DNA of 64,000 bases from Ophelia neglecta (taxonomy: Eukaryota): contig OZ260661.1 of NCBI GenBank assembly GCA_965285935.1, positions 127,534,001-127,598,000 on the forward strand, written 5' to 3'. Position 1 is the stretch's first letter. The number at the start of each line of letters is the position of its first letter. Positions 53,426 through 64,000 of the stretch are shown in pieces. The translations under genes were made by a program, and so were the position numbers. The notes below the pieces were generated by a model. It had not been told where the DNA came from and searched no databases. It saw only the letters and a program-made list of their open reading frames with translations.

Positions 53426-56400
53426 ATAATAATAATAATATTTATTCATTTGTATAGCGTACTATTACAGAAATGAAATTCCTTCTCATAGACGCTGAAC
53501 ATAGGTGTAAGAATAAAAAGAAGTTAAAAGACGACTTATTGACTAAAATGCTGATTATAGTTAAAACATTGACTAAATGAACCATGTTGACTAGAATCTA
53601 CTGATATGCCTGTTTAAATAAAAATGTTTTTAGTTTGTTTTTAAAAGAAGCAAAAGTTAGGCTATCACAGCGCAAATCAGTTGGCAGGACATTCCAGGCA
53701 TAGGCAGCAGCAAAACCAAAAGAGCGCTCACCATAAAATTTAGTTCTGACTTTTGGAATGACCAGAAGGTTTGTATTGGCGGAGCGTAATGCTCTACCGG
53801 GACGGTACTGCTGCAGGAGTTCAGATATGTATACTGGTGCCATATCATTCAAACCCTTATATACAAGCATACATAGTTTGAATTTAATTCTCTGTCTCAC
53901 TGGGAGCCAATGTAGACTGTACAGTACAGGTGTTACATGAGAATACTTGTTTTGTTTCACAACAAGCCTGGCTGCCGCATTTTGCAAGCGTTGGAGTTTA
54001 CTCAGCAAAACATCAGGTAAGCCTGCCAGGAGTGAGTTCATGCTGTCCAGCCTAGATGAAATGAAAGCATGGACGAGCATTTCAGTGGAAGATCGGTCCA
54101 GAAAGTGTCTAATATGTGAAAGTCTACGCAGCTGCAAGAATCCCGCTCTCACGATGCTGTTCACGTGAGTTTCCAATGACATGGCCGAGTCGAAGTATGC
54201 TCCAAGGTTCCTGACACTATCTGACTGATGGGCCTGAGCATCACCGATCGAAATTGAAGAATCAGCGGAAGTCAACCCACCGAACTTTGACGAAAAAACC
54301 ATGAATTCTGTCTTATCGTCATTCAATTTGAGAAAATTCTCAGCCATCCAGGAGCGGATATGATCAATGCACATTTCTAGATTCTCCAGTCTTGATGAGA
54401 GTTCAACTTGTTTAAAAGCCAGGTAGAGTTGTGTGTCATCCGCATATAGGTGGTAATTAATGTTTTGATGACCGATGATACCCCCAAGGCTCGATGTATA
54501 GATGGTAAATAGGACGGGTCCTAATACAGAGCCTTGGGGGACACCACATGTGAGAGATGAAGGATCCGATGACGTACCATCAATGCTTACTTTCTGTGAT
54601 CTGTCCTTGAGATAGGATTCAAACCAGGACAAAGCAGCACCAGTAATACCAAACCGATCTTTAAGCGTAGCCAGCAGGCGAGTGTGGTCAACAGTGTCAA
54701 AGGCAGCCGACAAATCGAGCAACACCAGAAACACAGATTCTCTCCTGTCAAGTGCCAACAATATGTCATTTTGTACACGCAGAAGGGCAGACTCAACACT
54801 GTGTGACCGCTTGTATGCTGACTGAAAGCACTCACCAAGACAGTTTTCGCGCTCATGCTCGTTTAGTCTTGACGCTACCACCTTCTCCACCAGTTTTGAA
54901 ATGAAACTTAAGTTTGAAACAGGCCTATAATTTTTGAGAAAATCCCTGGGCAGACTTGACTTTTTTAGGATTGGTGTGACCAAAGCCTCTTTCATTTTAT
55001 TTGGCACAGTACCTTCTGCCAATGAGAGATTGACAATGCGAGTTATTGTGGGTAATAGTTCATCTAGGCAGTCTTTCAATAGGTATGTGGGAACAGGGTC
55101 GAGTAAACAAGATTTTGAAGGAGAGTGTTTGATAAAAGTCCGTATCTCCTCTTCAGATGCAGGCCTGAAAGCACTGAGAGGAGTTCCTTGAAATTCACAC
55201 TCCGTGGATGGGTACGGCACGGTATTGGGCTGTTGCCTAGTAAGTCCCTCCCTGATCTTCCTGATCTTGGTGATAAAGAAATCAGCAAAGCGATCAGCTA
55301 GTTGTTTGCTGGAGGTGTGGATGGGGAGTACAGACTGCTGCTCATGATTAAGCAAGGTATTTACAATACCGAACAGTTCCTTGTGGTCTCCCTTTGATGT
55401 TGTAACCTTATCCTGGTAGTGTTGTTGTTTTGCCTTGTCTATCAACACATCGACAGACCGAGTTTGCTCTTTAAATAAGAGTTTGTCCTCTGGCAGCCCA
55501 GTACGTCGGTAACAACGCTCCAGCTGTCTCCGCTTTCGCCTCGCGTCCCTAATATCGTCATTGAACCAAGCACTATCAGGACGGATGGTGATTGTCCGAG
55601 TCTTGGCTGGTGCATGCTTGTCAAGGAGTGCCAGGAGTGAAGTATTGTAGCAGCCGACCAAAGAGACAAGATCACTCGGGGGATCTGTGATGAGCGGTTG
55701 CTGTAAGATGTCCTCCCGGAAGCAGTCGATGTGAAGAGAACGTAGCCTCCTGCTGGTAACACTTTTGCGAATCTTCTCAGGCTTTTCCACAGACAGACGG
55801 AAATGAACTGCACTGTGATCGGAGAACACTGTGTCGGTGACTGACAAGGAACTAACTAGATTTGTGTCTATGTGAGTAATCACAAGATCCAGTAGATGTC
55901 CACGCTCATGAGTCACATCCTTGACATGCTGAGTGAAACCTGATGTAGAAAGAAGGCCATGGAAGCGTCGTGCGTAACTGTCAGCTGCATCCTCCATGTG
56001 GAGATTAAAGTCCCCAACAAGGAGAAAGTCTGAGCGTGTAAGCAGAAGTTCATTATCTATGAAGCAGCTGAATTCCTCAAAAAAGGCCGGGAAAGACAAG
56101 TTGTTTGTTCCAGAAGGGGGAGGCCTGTATAAAACAAACACCATCAAAGTCTTAGACTTAGATCTCAGTGAACATTTTAGGATCTCAAATGATCTGAAGT
56201 CTGTTAGGACTTGCTGGCTCACTGCAAGATTTTGTTTATATACAATGGCAACTCCACCATAACCTGACTCCCTTGCTACATGGTTGAGTGCATATCCAGG
56301 TGGACACAGTTCACCTATGACTGGCAGGTCAGCAGTACCTGGTCTCAACCAAGTTTCAGTAATGAATAACATATCCAAGTCATGTTCAAGTAGGTACTCA

Positions 56401-56700
56401 TTTATGGTGGTGGTTTTATTTTTAACCGACCGAGCATTTATAATACAGCAATGGGCTTGGGCTGATGTTAATGATCCAGTTGTAGAAGGTGCATGAGGCA
56501 ATTGTCTCAAATTGTTAAAGTTTACCTGGTTTAGGTCACGCTTTGTCACATAGCGAGTTGTTGAGACAATGGTGTTTATGTTGTTAAAATGATTCTTGCC
56601 TGCTGTTGTGCCTCTCCTAGTCCCACGCTGCCCACCATGTCTGAGTAGTTCTGGAGGTACTCTAGGCTTTGTTGTTGATAGCACTGTACCTTGTTGTTAA
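53426..56700 (-). mobile_element. L2 (CR1-group) LINE, 5'-truncated just upstream of ORF2
   Basis: Intact ORF2 and a short 3' UTR ending AGCGT...ACGCTATACAAATGAATAAA(TAT)n, with the tail at 53426-53440. GC content is higher than the flanks. No ORF1 is visible upstream. The 5' boundary is approximate. Confidence 0.92.
53598..56684 (-). CDS. LINE ORF2: APE endonuclease plus reverse transcriptase (1028 codons)
   Basis: APE motifs INARS, ITETWL, GGVAI, LYRPP, GDFN, LDLV and SDH. RT motifs NYRPVSNL, QSAYK, LDLSAAFDTVDH, GVPQGSVLGP, YADDTQLY, LNDDKTE and NLG. No internal stop. The frame opens at GTG, not ATG. Confidence 0.95.
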   Translation of the reverse strand: MLSTTKPRVPPELLRHGGQRGTRRGTTAGKNHFNNINTIVSTTRYVTKRDLNQVNFNNLRQLPHAPSTTGSLTSAQAHCCIINARSVKNKTTTINEYLLEHDLDMLFITETWLRPGTADLPVIGELCPPGYALNHVARESGYGGVAIVYKQNLAVSQQVLTDFRSFEILKCSLRSKSKTLMVFVLYRPPPSGTNNLSFPAFFEEFSCFIDNELLLTRSDFLLVGDFNLHMEDAADSYARRFHGLLSTSGFTQHVKDVTHERGHLLDLVITHIDTNLVSSLSVTDTVFSDHSAVHFRLSVEKPEKIRKSVTSRRLRSLHIDCFREDILQQPLITDPPSDLVSLVGCYNTSLLALLDKHAPAKTRTITIRPDSAWFNDDIRDARRKRRQLERCYRRTGLPEDKLLFKEQTRSVDVLIDKAKQQHYQDKVTTSKGDHKELFGIVNTLLNHEQQSVLPIHTSSKQLADRFADFFITKIRKIREGLTRQQPNTVPYPSTECEFQGTPLSAFRPASEEEIRTFIKHSPSKSCLLDPVPTYLLKDCLDELLPTITRIVNLSLAEGTVPNKMKEALVTPILKKSSLPRDFLKNYRPVSNLSFISKLVEKVVASRLNEHERENCLGECFQSAYKRSHSVESALLRVQNDILLALDRRESVFLVLLDLSAAFDTVDHTRLLATLKDRFGITGAALSWFESYLKDRSQKVSIDGTSSDPSSLTCGVPQGSVLGPVLFTIYTSSLGGIIGHQNINYHLYADDTQLYLAFKQVELSSRLENLEMCIDHIRSWMAENFLKLNDDKTEFMVFSSKFGGLTSADSSISIGDAQAHQSDSVRNLGAYFDSAMSLETHVNSIVRAGFLQLRRLSHIRHFLDRSSTEMLVHAFISSRLDSMNSLLAGLPDVLLSKLQRLQNAAARLVVKQNKYSHVTPVLYSLHWLPVRQRIKFKLCMLVYKGLNDMAPVYISELLQQYRPGRALRSANTNLLVIPKVRTKFYGERSFGFAAAYAWNVLPTDLRCDSLTFASFKNKLKTFLFKQAYQ

Positions 56701-57022
56701 AGCGGATTTCGTTTCTAAGCTTGCATAGACTTTCTTTAATATACCCCGACATATGCAAGTAACCTATCGGCATTTACTGTGGTGTACCAAAATCACTGTT
56801 GGCTTATACGGGTTTCGGCTGTAGACACATATTTAATGTTAATGTGCATATCACTTTGCATAAAATGGGTGGCCTTTTATTTCGGACTTATCTCGATAAT
56901 GCATCTGTTTTAGAATATGATGTTATAATACATATATTTATATTAATATTAGAATGAGACGAAATGAAATCACTCTTAATTGCAGAAAATGCAAAATAGG
57001 TATTGCATATGATGAACATTGT

Positions 57023-57415
57023 TTAATTTGAACAAACTCTGCCAATGGAATGGTGAGTGCTTAATATTTGTTCAAAGAATTGCTTTTTGTATTTTTTTCG
57101 AGTGAAACAAATGAAAGTCGAAATGCCTATATTTTTTCGTACTTTTTGACAGGATTCGTCAGTTATTAATCTACTATGAGATAATATCGTGCTTCATGTT
57201 GTCAACGTTAATTTAAACAAACTCTGCAAATGGAATGGTGAGTGCATAATATTTGTTCTTAAAATTGCATATTATGGTAGTGCAATATCCCAAAACAAAC
57301 CCCAATATAGGTGTATAGGTTTTATTTAGTGAAACAAATAAAAGGCGAAATGCCTATTTGTTTCGTACTTAATGATAGAATTCGGGTTATCAATCTATAA
57401 CAAGATATTAATGTG
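57023..57415 (+). repeat. Degenerate tandem duplication (about 175-bp unit; second copy has an insertion)
   Basis: AACAAACTCTGC.AATGGAATGGTGAGTGC.TAATATTTGTTC and AGTGAAACAAAT.AAAG.CGAAATGCCTAT each occur twice (about 57023-57195 and 57208-57415). Confidence 0.85.
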
Positions 57416-59628
57416 TCTCATATTTTAAACGCATTTATACAGTTTTCTATTAGATTAGGGATGTTTCCATTCTGTTCCCTTTCGAGGAATAATCAACATC
57501 GCAGCCGACAAAGTTTTGTTATCGTGTTTGCTTATTCATCAGTCGTGACGATGTGCTTTAAAAATACAGTAAATCCCATGCGAACATGCTGGAATCTCGG
57601 GCTGGGTTTCTTACATTGCTTTGATGAGGAGACAACCATGTATCTCAACAAGTTTGTCGAGCGTTCATCATATTATCTTTTTAGCAAATATTGAATCCCC
57701 CTCCCCCTAGCCATGCTGCTCCCCCTCCCGCAAGATCCTGCCCCTTTCCTTCCACCCCTGCTCCCCTCCCACACCCTCCCTCTCCTCCCCCCTCATACTA
57801 ATGCTTTAGGTTCCACACTGTAGAGGAACTCGAGTTAAACCCTTGCTAACTGACTCTAGCTAGCAAAATTAGATTAATAATTAGTTTTAACTAGCTTTGG
57901 AACAAATACTATATTCGGGGATTAGTATTAACATTTATTTATGGTTTTTTTAGCCATCTAAGCATGAATTTTAAAAGGAATTTAACTAATGGTATAACTT
58001 TGTCCTACCTAAATTGATATAACTATTAGTAATTATTATTACCGTGCCAGCCTATATTTTGGGAGAAACAACAATGATCATACATGTGTAATTATTTCTG
58101 TTTATAATATACACGTTACAATTACAGTAATAAATATTTAACTTTTAATATTGACAATGTTTTTTGTCCGTATTTGGGATCATTTACTTGATTTAGTTCC
58201 TTAATGTAAAATATATAAGCAAGAGGGTTGAAAAGATTGCTACAAAATTGTTGTTTTCTTAAAGGGGCCAATTTGGACATTAATCCTGGTCTGATGTGAA
58301 AACATTATATTATTTTTAAAACAACAATAAAATTAACATATCTGTACGTTATAGTAGGAGATAAGTATAAATAGTTTTATTTTGTCCTTTTAAGAGAACA
58401 CCTATATTTTTTATTTTGCTTTTTTGCCTTAAAATCCTGGCCCGGGATAAAATCTAACCTCTTGTATGGTAGTTTAAACGTATGCAAAGTGGTTCTACAG
58501 TATTTTGTCCTGCCAGAAAGCTAAACGATAGATAAGAACATCGAATAAATTTGAATATTTACAGTAATCCTGTATAGGTGCATGTGCATTCCCATATACG
58601 TGTAAAATGTAAATGTAATAGCAATGCTATAAATGGGCAAAATCAGAGACTAAAAGCCTAAAAAACTCTCGTTGGGATATCTCATTAATAGGAATTTGTT
58701 TAAATTATATTAGCAATTGGCTACTTAATATTTAAACACATCTTCACCAGTTTTTTTTTCAGGTATACGCTTGAAAATGCTTACCTCCTTTAAACACTGT
58801 AATTGAATTCACTTCTTACTTTAGCAAGTAGTACATGTAACTCAAAAGAACATAATAGTAATTATTTCCTCAAAGATACAACTAGATATACTACACTATT
58901 CAATGAAGAACTGCCATGATAATAACTCAAATAAATGAATGCTTTATTTACAACTGACGTGCCCTGACAATGTATATTTATCTCAGTTTGCGAGCCATGC
59001 ATGTGATTAGCTAAATCCATACAATATTGTCCCTTTCAAATTGTATTTATTTCTGGGACATTGAGGTATGTGTGAGTGGTGGGACTGGCTGAGCCAATGT
59101 CAGTACGCATATGTCACGAAAATAGAGTTATTTGCTGTTTTTATCCCAAATTTATTACTGCAATGTCATAAAAAGTCAGGGACCAAACGGATATAAGAAG
59201 GATGAAAATATCATAAGTGGGTGATATTTAATCTCTCTGGATATTCAAACAATTTATAGCGAGATGAATTTTATCGGCCTATATGGACAGTTTCAATATT
59301 TCGAACAGGGTGTAGATGTCCGTGGATAGCGTAACTAGTGAACTGCAGAGCTTTTATGATGTTTGTTAATCTTTCGAGGCTGTATGTATTGTGTGTAATG
59401 TAAGCTCAAATTCGCACAACTAAAAAACGGTAGTTGCTATCCGGCAGACAGACTTAAATATGATTTGTACACGTGAAGGTCATTTTTTTTAGATATTTAA
59501 TCCACAAAAGCAATGGAAAGATGGTAGATTAGATCGGTTGGTTGACATTATATATTATCATATATTATAATAATCCCAATTACTGTTTAAGTCCAGCCTG
59601 CCGTTGTATCTTCTCATTATAACAAGCC

Positions 59629-59662
59629 ATCCTCCATATATCGGCTGACATATATGGAGGAT
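59629..59662. other. Perfect 13-bp inverted repeat with 8-nt loop
   Basis: ATCCTCCATATAT-CGGCTGAC-ATATATGGAGGAT. Confidence 0.85.
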
Positions 59663-60719
59663 AGATGGGATGCCTATATAGGTGTGTACGAGTTAAAGGA
59701 AATAATAGCTTGACGTTTGCCCAGGAATGTCCTAACAACCTCTCACCGACCACCGTGGAAGGCTATTTAGTAGATCAGCATCCACGGATTGCTTATTTTA
59801 CCTGCTTGCATTAATAGTTTCTAGTGGTAAGTGCCCTAAAATGAAAGCCTTTATCCTACCATTAATGCCATTCGTATTGAAGGGAATGTTCATGTTAGTC
59901 TCTTGAAGATTAATGGATATAGAACGATAACCATCACCCAGGGAGCAAAGAAATAAATCATATGATTACCCACTAACGATCATAAAAATGCGATTGCTGT
60001 CTAGTATATGCACTTGCTATTTCAAATTAAACTGACATGTAAACAAAATAAATAGTTATTTACAGTCTGCACCTGATTATATGTTAGATGAAAAACTGCG
60101 CAGAACAAGATCAGTAAGATCATAGACCTGTCTTCGCACGTAAATTGCAGAATTAAACTTATATGGCCGCACATAAATAAAGTCTAATTGACACGACTAT
60201 ACTAAACATGAAATTCGTATACCGAGGTCACGAGGACTCCACGAAATAGCAATCAGTTATACGCACACAATTGCTTAAATTATTATAGGCCTGTTCTACC
60301 CACCAACACAAAACAAATGTACTTAATCCTCTCAAATTAATTAGCTTTGGAAGTTTAAGAACACAATTCGTGTTTTCACAAAGGTGTTACTCAGTATGAA
60401 TATTAGATCTTTACGTCGTTTTCGACTTAATATTTCCGTCGAATGGTAAGTTTACTTGTTTCACTTTTTTTTTTTTTTTGTATTTTTTTTTTTTTATTAA
60501 TCTCATGGACCTACAACATATTTTTTTTCTTGTACAATTTAATTTTATATTATGCGGGAGCCCGCCCATGGACCCGAGCAGCGAGCGGCCACCAACCGAG
60601 CGAATAGCCCGACCCACAGCCACCCACCGCCCAGGCCCATGAGCCAGCACCCGCATTTCCACAATACATAGTTGTCAAAGAATGCATGGATATATCACAA
60701 TCATATTCTTAACATATTC

Positions 60720-62915
60720 TTAAGCAGGTTTGAATAGACTCAAAAATGCTTCCCATCGGCCGGTAAAGTCCATGTTATTGTCTTTCCGAGACACCCTCTC
60801 CTCAATGAGATATCTCTGTTTGAATATCTGAAGCAAGCAAGGCCATGACAGATTTTTGCCCAAGCACCTTGTAGCATAAACATATCTTTTAAAGCATAAC
60901 AAAAGTAGGTTTACTACCCAAAAGTTTTCAGACTGTTTGTCGTACCCAAATAGAATTGTTTTTATATTCAAATTAACCCTAATGTTACATTTTATATATA
61001 ATTGATCAACAAAAATATTCAGTAATCTAGAAACAGCTGGGCATTCCCCAAACAGATGCACAACTGTCTCTTCACGAAGGCCACAAAAAGTACAGTCTGG
61101 CGAATCTTTAATTTTCATTTGATAGAGTAGTTTATTCAATATTAGTATGTTATGGTTAATTCTAAATTGTAGCCATTGTAGTTTTGTGTCCCGCGTGATT
61201 ACATAAGTGGTTTTACAGCAACCCTTCCATTCCCCTTCGGTGACCTGTAGATGGCTTTCCCAATACCTTTGCCCTGTTGGTACTACATTGTTGTTTTCCA
61301 AAACCAGGTACATATCTTTACAGCCTCTGGCATTCTTTAGCAATGATCTTTATGATACAGGAATAAATGGACACGGCAACCGATTCTGTTCTCTCTTTAT
61401 ACCGCACATAGTAATAGCTGCCTTAATACACTGTATAATACCCTGGTATGTTACAAAATCAGAATTAATTTTCATAAATTTGAGGCATTTGGCTGCTTCA
61501 TGATACCCAATGGGACCCTCTATAGCCTGAGAGTCTGGCCCCGTTAGTCTCCTGAAATCACTGTCACTGAAATGTTCCCGCCAATCTGGTATTTGCTGGG
61601 GGTCTTTATTTGTGTATAAATCCTGATAGAACTTTTTAACTTCATTCAGGATGTCTTTTTGGCCATAGATGATATTTCCTTCGTCAGTTTTGATTTGTGG
61701 AATTATTTTGGATGTAAAATTTCGGGACTCAAGGTTTAGGAAATATTTTGTAGGCTTTTCGCCATCTTCAATAAATTTTACCTTGGCCCTGATAATGCTA
61801 CTTTTTAATTTTTCCTCTCTCAATTTTTCTAGTGCCCTATTTTTCTCCTCCAGTTGTCCCACGTTCAACATAGATAAGGATTTTTCTAATTCATTAATTT
61901 CAGTTATCAGGTTTTGTTCTTTATCGATATTCTGTTTTTTCCTCCATGATGCATAAGATATAGTTTTGCCACGTATTTCCATGAGAAGAGTCTCCAGAAA
62001 TAGTTGATCACTGATTTGTAGTTTAATATCTTGACCATCAGAAGAATTTAGGAAACCCACCGAGTATATTGGCAGAGCATATTGCTGTTTAACACTGTTA
62101 ATTACCTCATTAATCGTATCTAAGAACTTTTTTTCCTCTAGTAGGGAATTGTTGAATTTCCACAGACCCTTGCCTCTGTCGTATGGTTTAAATATAAGTT
62201 CAAGTGTTACAATAGAATGATCTGATCTATAACTAGGGATAATGTTGGCCTTTTCTATATTGTCCGAAATGTTTTTTGAGATAAGGAAAAAATCAAGGCG
62301 GGCTTGCTTAAGAGGGTTTTTCCTACGCCAAGTGTATCGTTTAATTTCAGGGTGTAGTTCCCTAAATATATCAATCAAATCTAAATCATTTACCAGGTCT
62401 AAAACTATGTCTCTGGCCTTTCTATTATTTATATGAAGATAATTTGCCATGTTCTTCTCTGGGTCAATCATAAGATTATAGTCTCCAACGATAACATATT
62501 TGCTGTTCTCAAACTCGTCTATGACAGTTTTTATATATTTGAAAAATGCGGGGTCATCCTCATTTGGGGCATATATGTTTATCAGAGTAAATTTTGTCCC
62601 TTGAACCATAATATCCAAAGCCAAAAGATTACCACATAAATCACCTTTAGTTCTGTGTATTTTATATTCAAAGTTATTGTTGAAAAGTATGGCAACTCCC
62701 CTAGAGTTTGATCTATAATTATTAAAAATGATCTCATAGCCCCATTCAGCTCTAATATAGGTTTCTTGTGCAGTAGTAAAGTGTGTGTCCTGTAGGCAAT
62801 ATATACTAAACCTTTTCGAACGTAAGAAATCAAATGTATCCTTTCTTTTACTATAATCCCCCAGACCCTGACAATTTTGTGATAATATCTTAACTAACTG
62901 TAAATTACTAGCCAT
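60720..62915 (-). pseudogene. L1/Tx1 ORF2 lacking RT: APE endonuclease fused in frame to the C-terminal zinc-finger region, one premature stop
   Basis: ATG at 62915. Endonuclease motifs SQNCQGL, LQDTH, SRGVAIL, INIYAPN, GDYN, YTW, RLDFF and SDH, then WKFNNSLL and GEKPTKYF. At about 61470 CLKFMK joins directly to INSDFVTYQG, with no PG.DG, QG or YADD. After the TAA at 61350-61352 the same frame continues through LQWLQFRINHNIL and CTFC...ETVVHLFGEC. Confidence 0.9.
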
Positions 62916-63292
62916 TGCATCTTATCCAAGGTAATATTATGTCCATGAGATTTTTTTTCCAAGTTTGTAACTTAACATTATAAAATATTGCCAGGCAATG
63001 TGCTGTCCCGTCCACCAACAATGTTGTCAGATATCTGACCACAGGAAGCCGCCCTCTAACCTCAACCAAAAGGTCAGCGCCAAACCATGACAAATGCATA
63101 TGTTGGAAAACACCACCACCATCATCCCCCCACATCATATTGTAAAAATTATTGTATTATGAAACACAGTAATTTACTCTTGTCTGCACTACATCTTGGA
63201 TATCTGCAGTACATAGGGTATATTATTCACAAAGCATTTATAGTGATACTGTCACGAAATATTTTACAAAAGACATAATTATAACCTAGTTT

Positions 63293-63505
63293 TCATGGCC
63301 TTGCAAGCACCTCTTTCACTTCCTCACCATATTGTATCTGGCGTATTTTCCCTTGCCTGTCCTTTATTTTAACAGTTCCGTTCCATGTCCAGGCCTGGTC
63401 TACCTCAGGGTCCCTTTTAACTCTATTGAACAGTTTCTGAGTCTCTGGGCTGACGTCTTCCACAATAACCACCCCACTACCTTTCAAATTTTTCCTAGCC
63501 TTCAA
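63293..63505 (-). pseudogene. LINE ORF1 C-terminal fragment
   Basis: KARKNLKGSGVVIVEDVS...AWTWNGTVKIK resembles the C-terminus of L1-type ORF1 proteins. It lies upstream of ORF2, inside the target-site duplications. Confidence 0.75.
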
Positions 63506-64000
63506 AAAATCAAAAAATCAAAAATTGTTTCACGTTTTTGTTCACATCTGGCATGTCGTAAAGACGCAAGATTGAATTACGCATTTTATTGTACACATAA
63601 GACTTAATGGTCTTTCCGGTAATGTCACACAAGAGGGTTTTTTGCCTATTATCGGATAGTGCACAAAAGACTTGTAGGATAGTGCACGTAGGATGTATTA
63701 CTGCTTAAATTTTAGAAACTGATCAACGTGGTCACCCTGCCCTGGAAACAAAATACGAAAGAAATAAAAACGATTACCTGAATATTCATGGATAATGAGA
63801 GCCTGAATTGGCCTTTCCCTTCAACTGCCCCTAGTACCATTTGTGCTTACTCAATAAGTTATAATATTTTGTTAAAAATTGATGGCTGTAGCATCATTAG
63901 CACCCCTTAAGCCACCTACGCCTCAAAATTCTGATGTTAGCGTATTCCCTAATTTTCCCGAGCTATATATTTCCATTCATTACCCTCAAATTCTTGCTTG

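Larger units (their letters stand above)
60465..63524 (-). mobile_element. L1/Tx1-like LINE, 5'-truncated in ORF1, with internal deletion of the RT domain
   Basis: Poly(A) tail at 60465-60495 with AATAAA (60493-60498). Direct repeat TTGTTTCAC at 60456-60464 and 63525-63533 (target-site duplication). Internal order: ORF1 C-terminus, spacer of about 380 bp, ORF2, GC-rich 3' UTR. Confidence 0.92.

Noticed and set aside
53657-56773. Overlapping and antisense ORFs within the L2
   Set aside because: These are shadow frames of a GC-richer coding region.
61207-63607. Plus-strand and alternative-frame ORFs within the L1/Tx1
   Set aside because: These are shadow ORFs with no motifs.

Overview
This is AT-rich eukaryotic DNA, probably from an invertebrate (inferred from the repeat types), and looks intergenic or intronic. 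It is not prokaryotic: there are no operons, rRNA genes or CRISPR arrays, and nearly all short ORFs in the track look like noise. The well-supported content is mobile DNA. (1) A 5'-truncated L2/CR1-group LINE with an unbroken 1028-codon endonuclease+RT ORF2 (53426-56700, minus). (2) An L1/Tx1-like LINE (60465-63524, minus) with a poly(A) tail and a 9-bp target-site duplication, whose RT domain is removed by an in-frame deletion that fuses the endonuclease to the C-terminal zinc-finger region. (3) Two decayed LINEs; the 3' end of one carries a complete Helentron/DINE-1-like non-autonomous element. (4) A tRNA-derived SINE with an L2-like tail. (5) A TA-flanked Tc1/mariner-type MITE. (6) An old unclassified repeat family with at least 7 copies, plus several local duplications. 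A chain of minus-strand splice-flanked segments at about 5-13 kb may be a decayed gene or a lncRNA, but this is low confidence. I found no recognisable host protein-coding gene. The RT-less L1/Tx1 derivative is the most unusual object.
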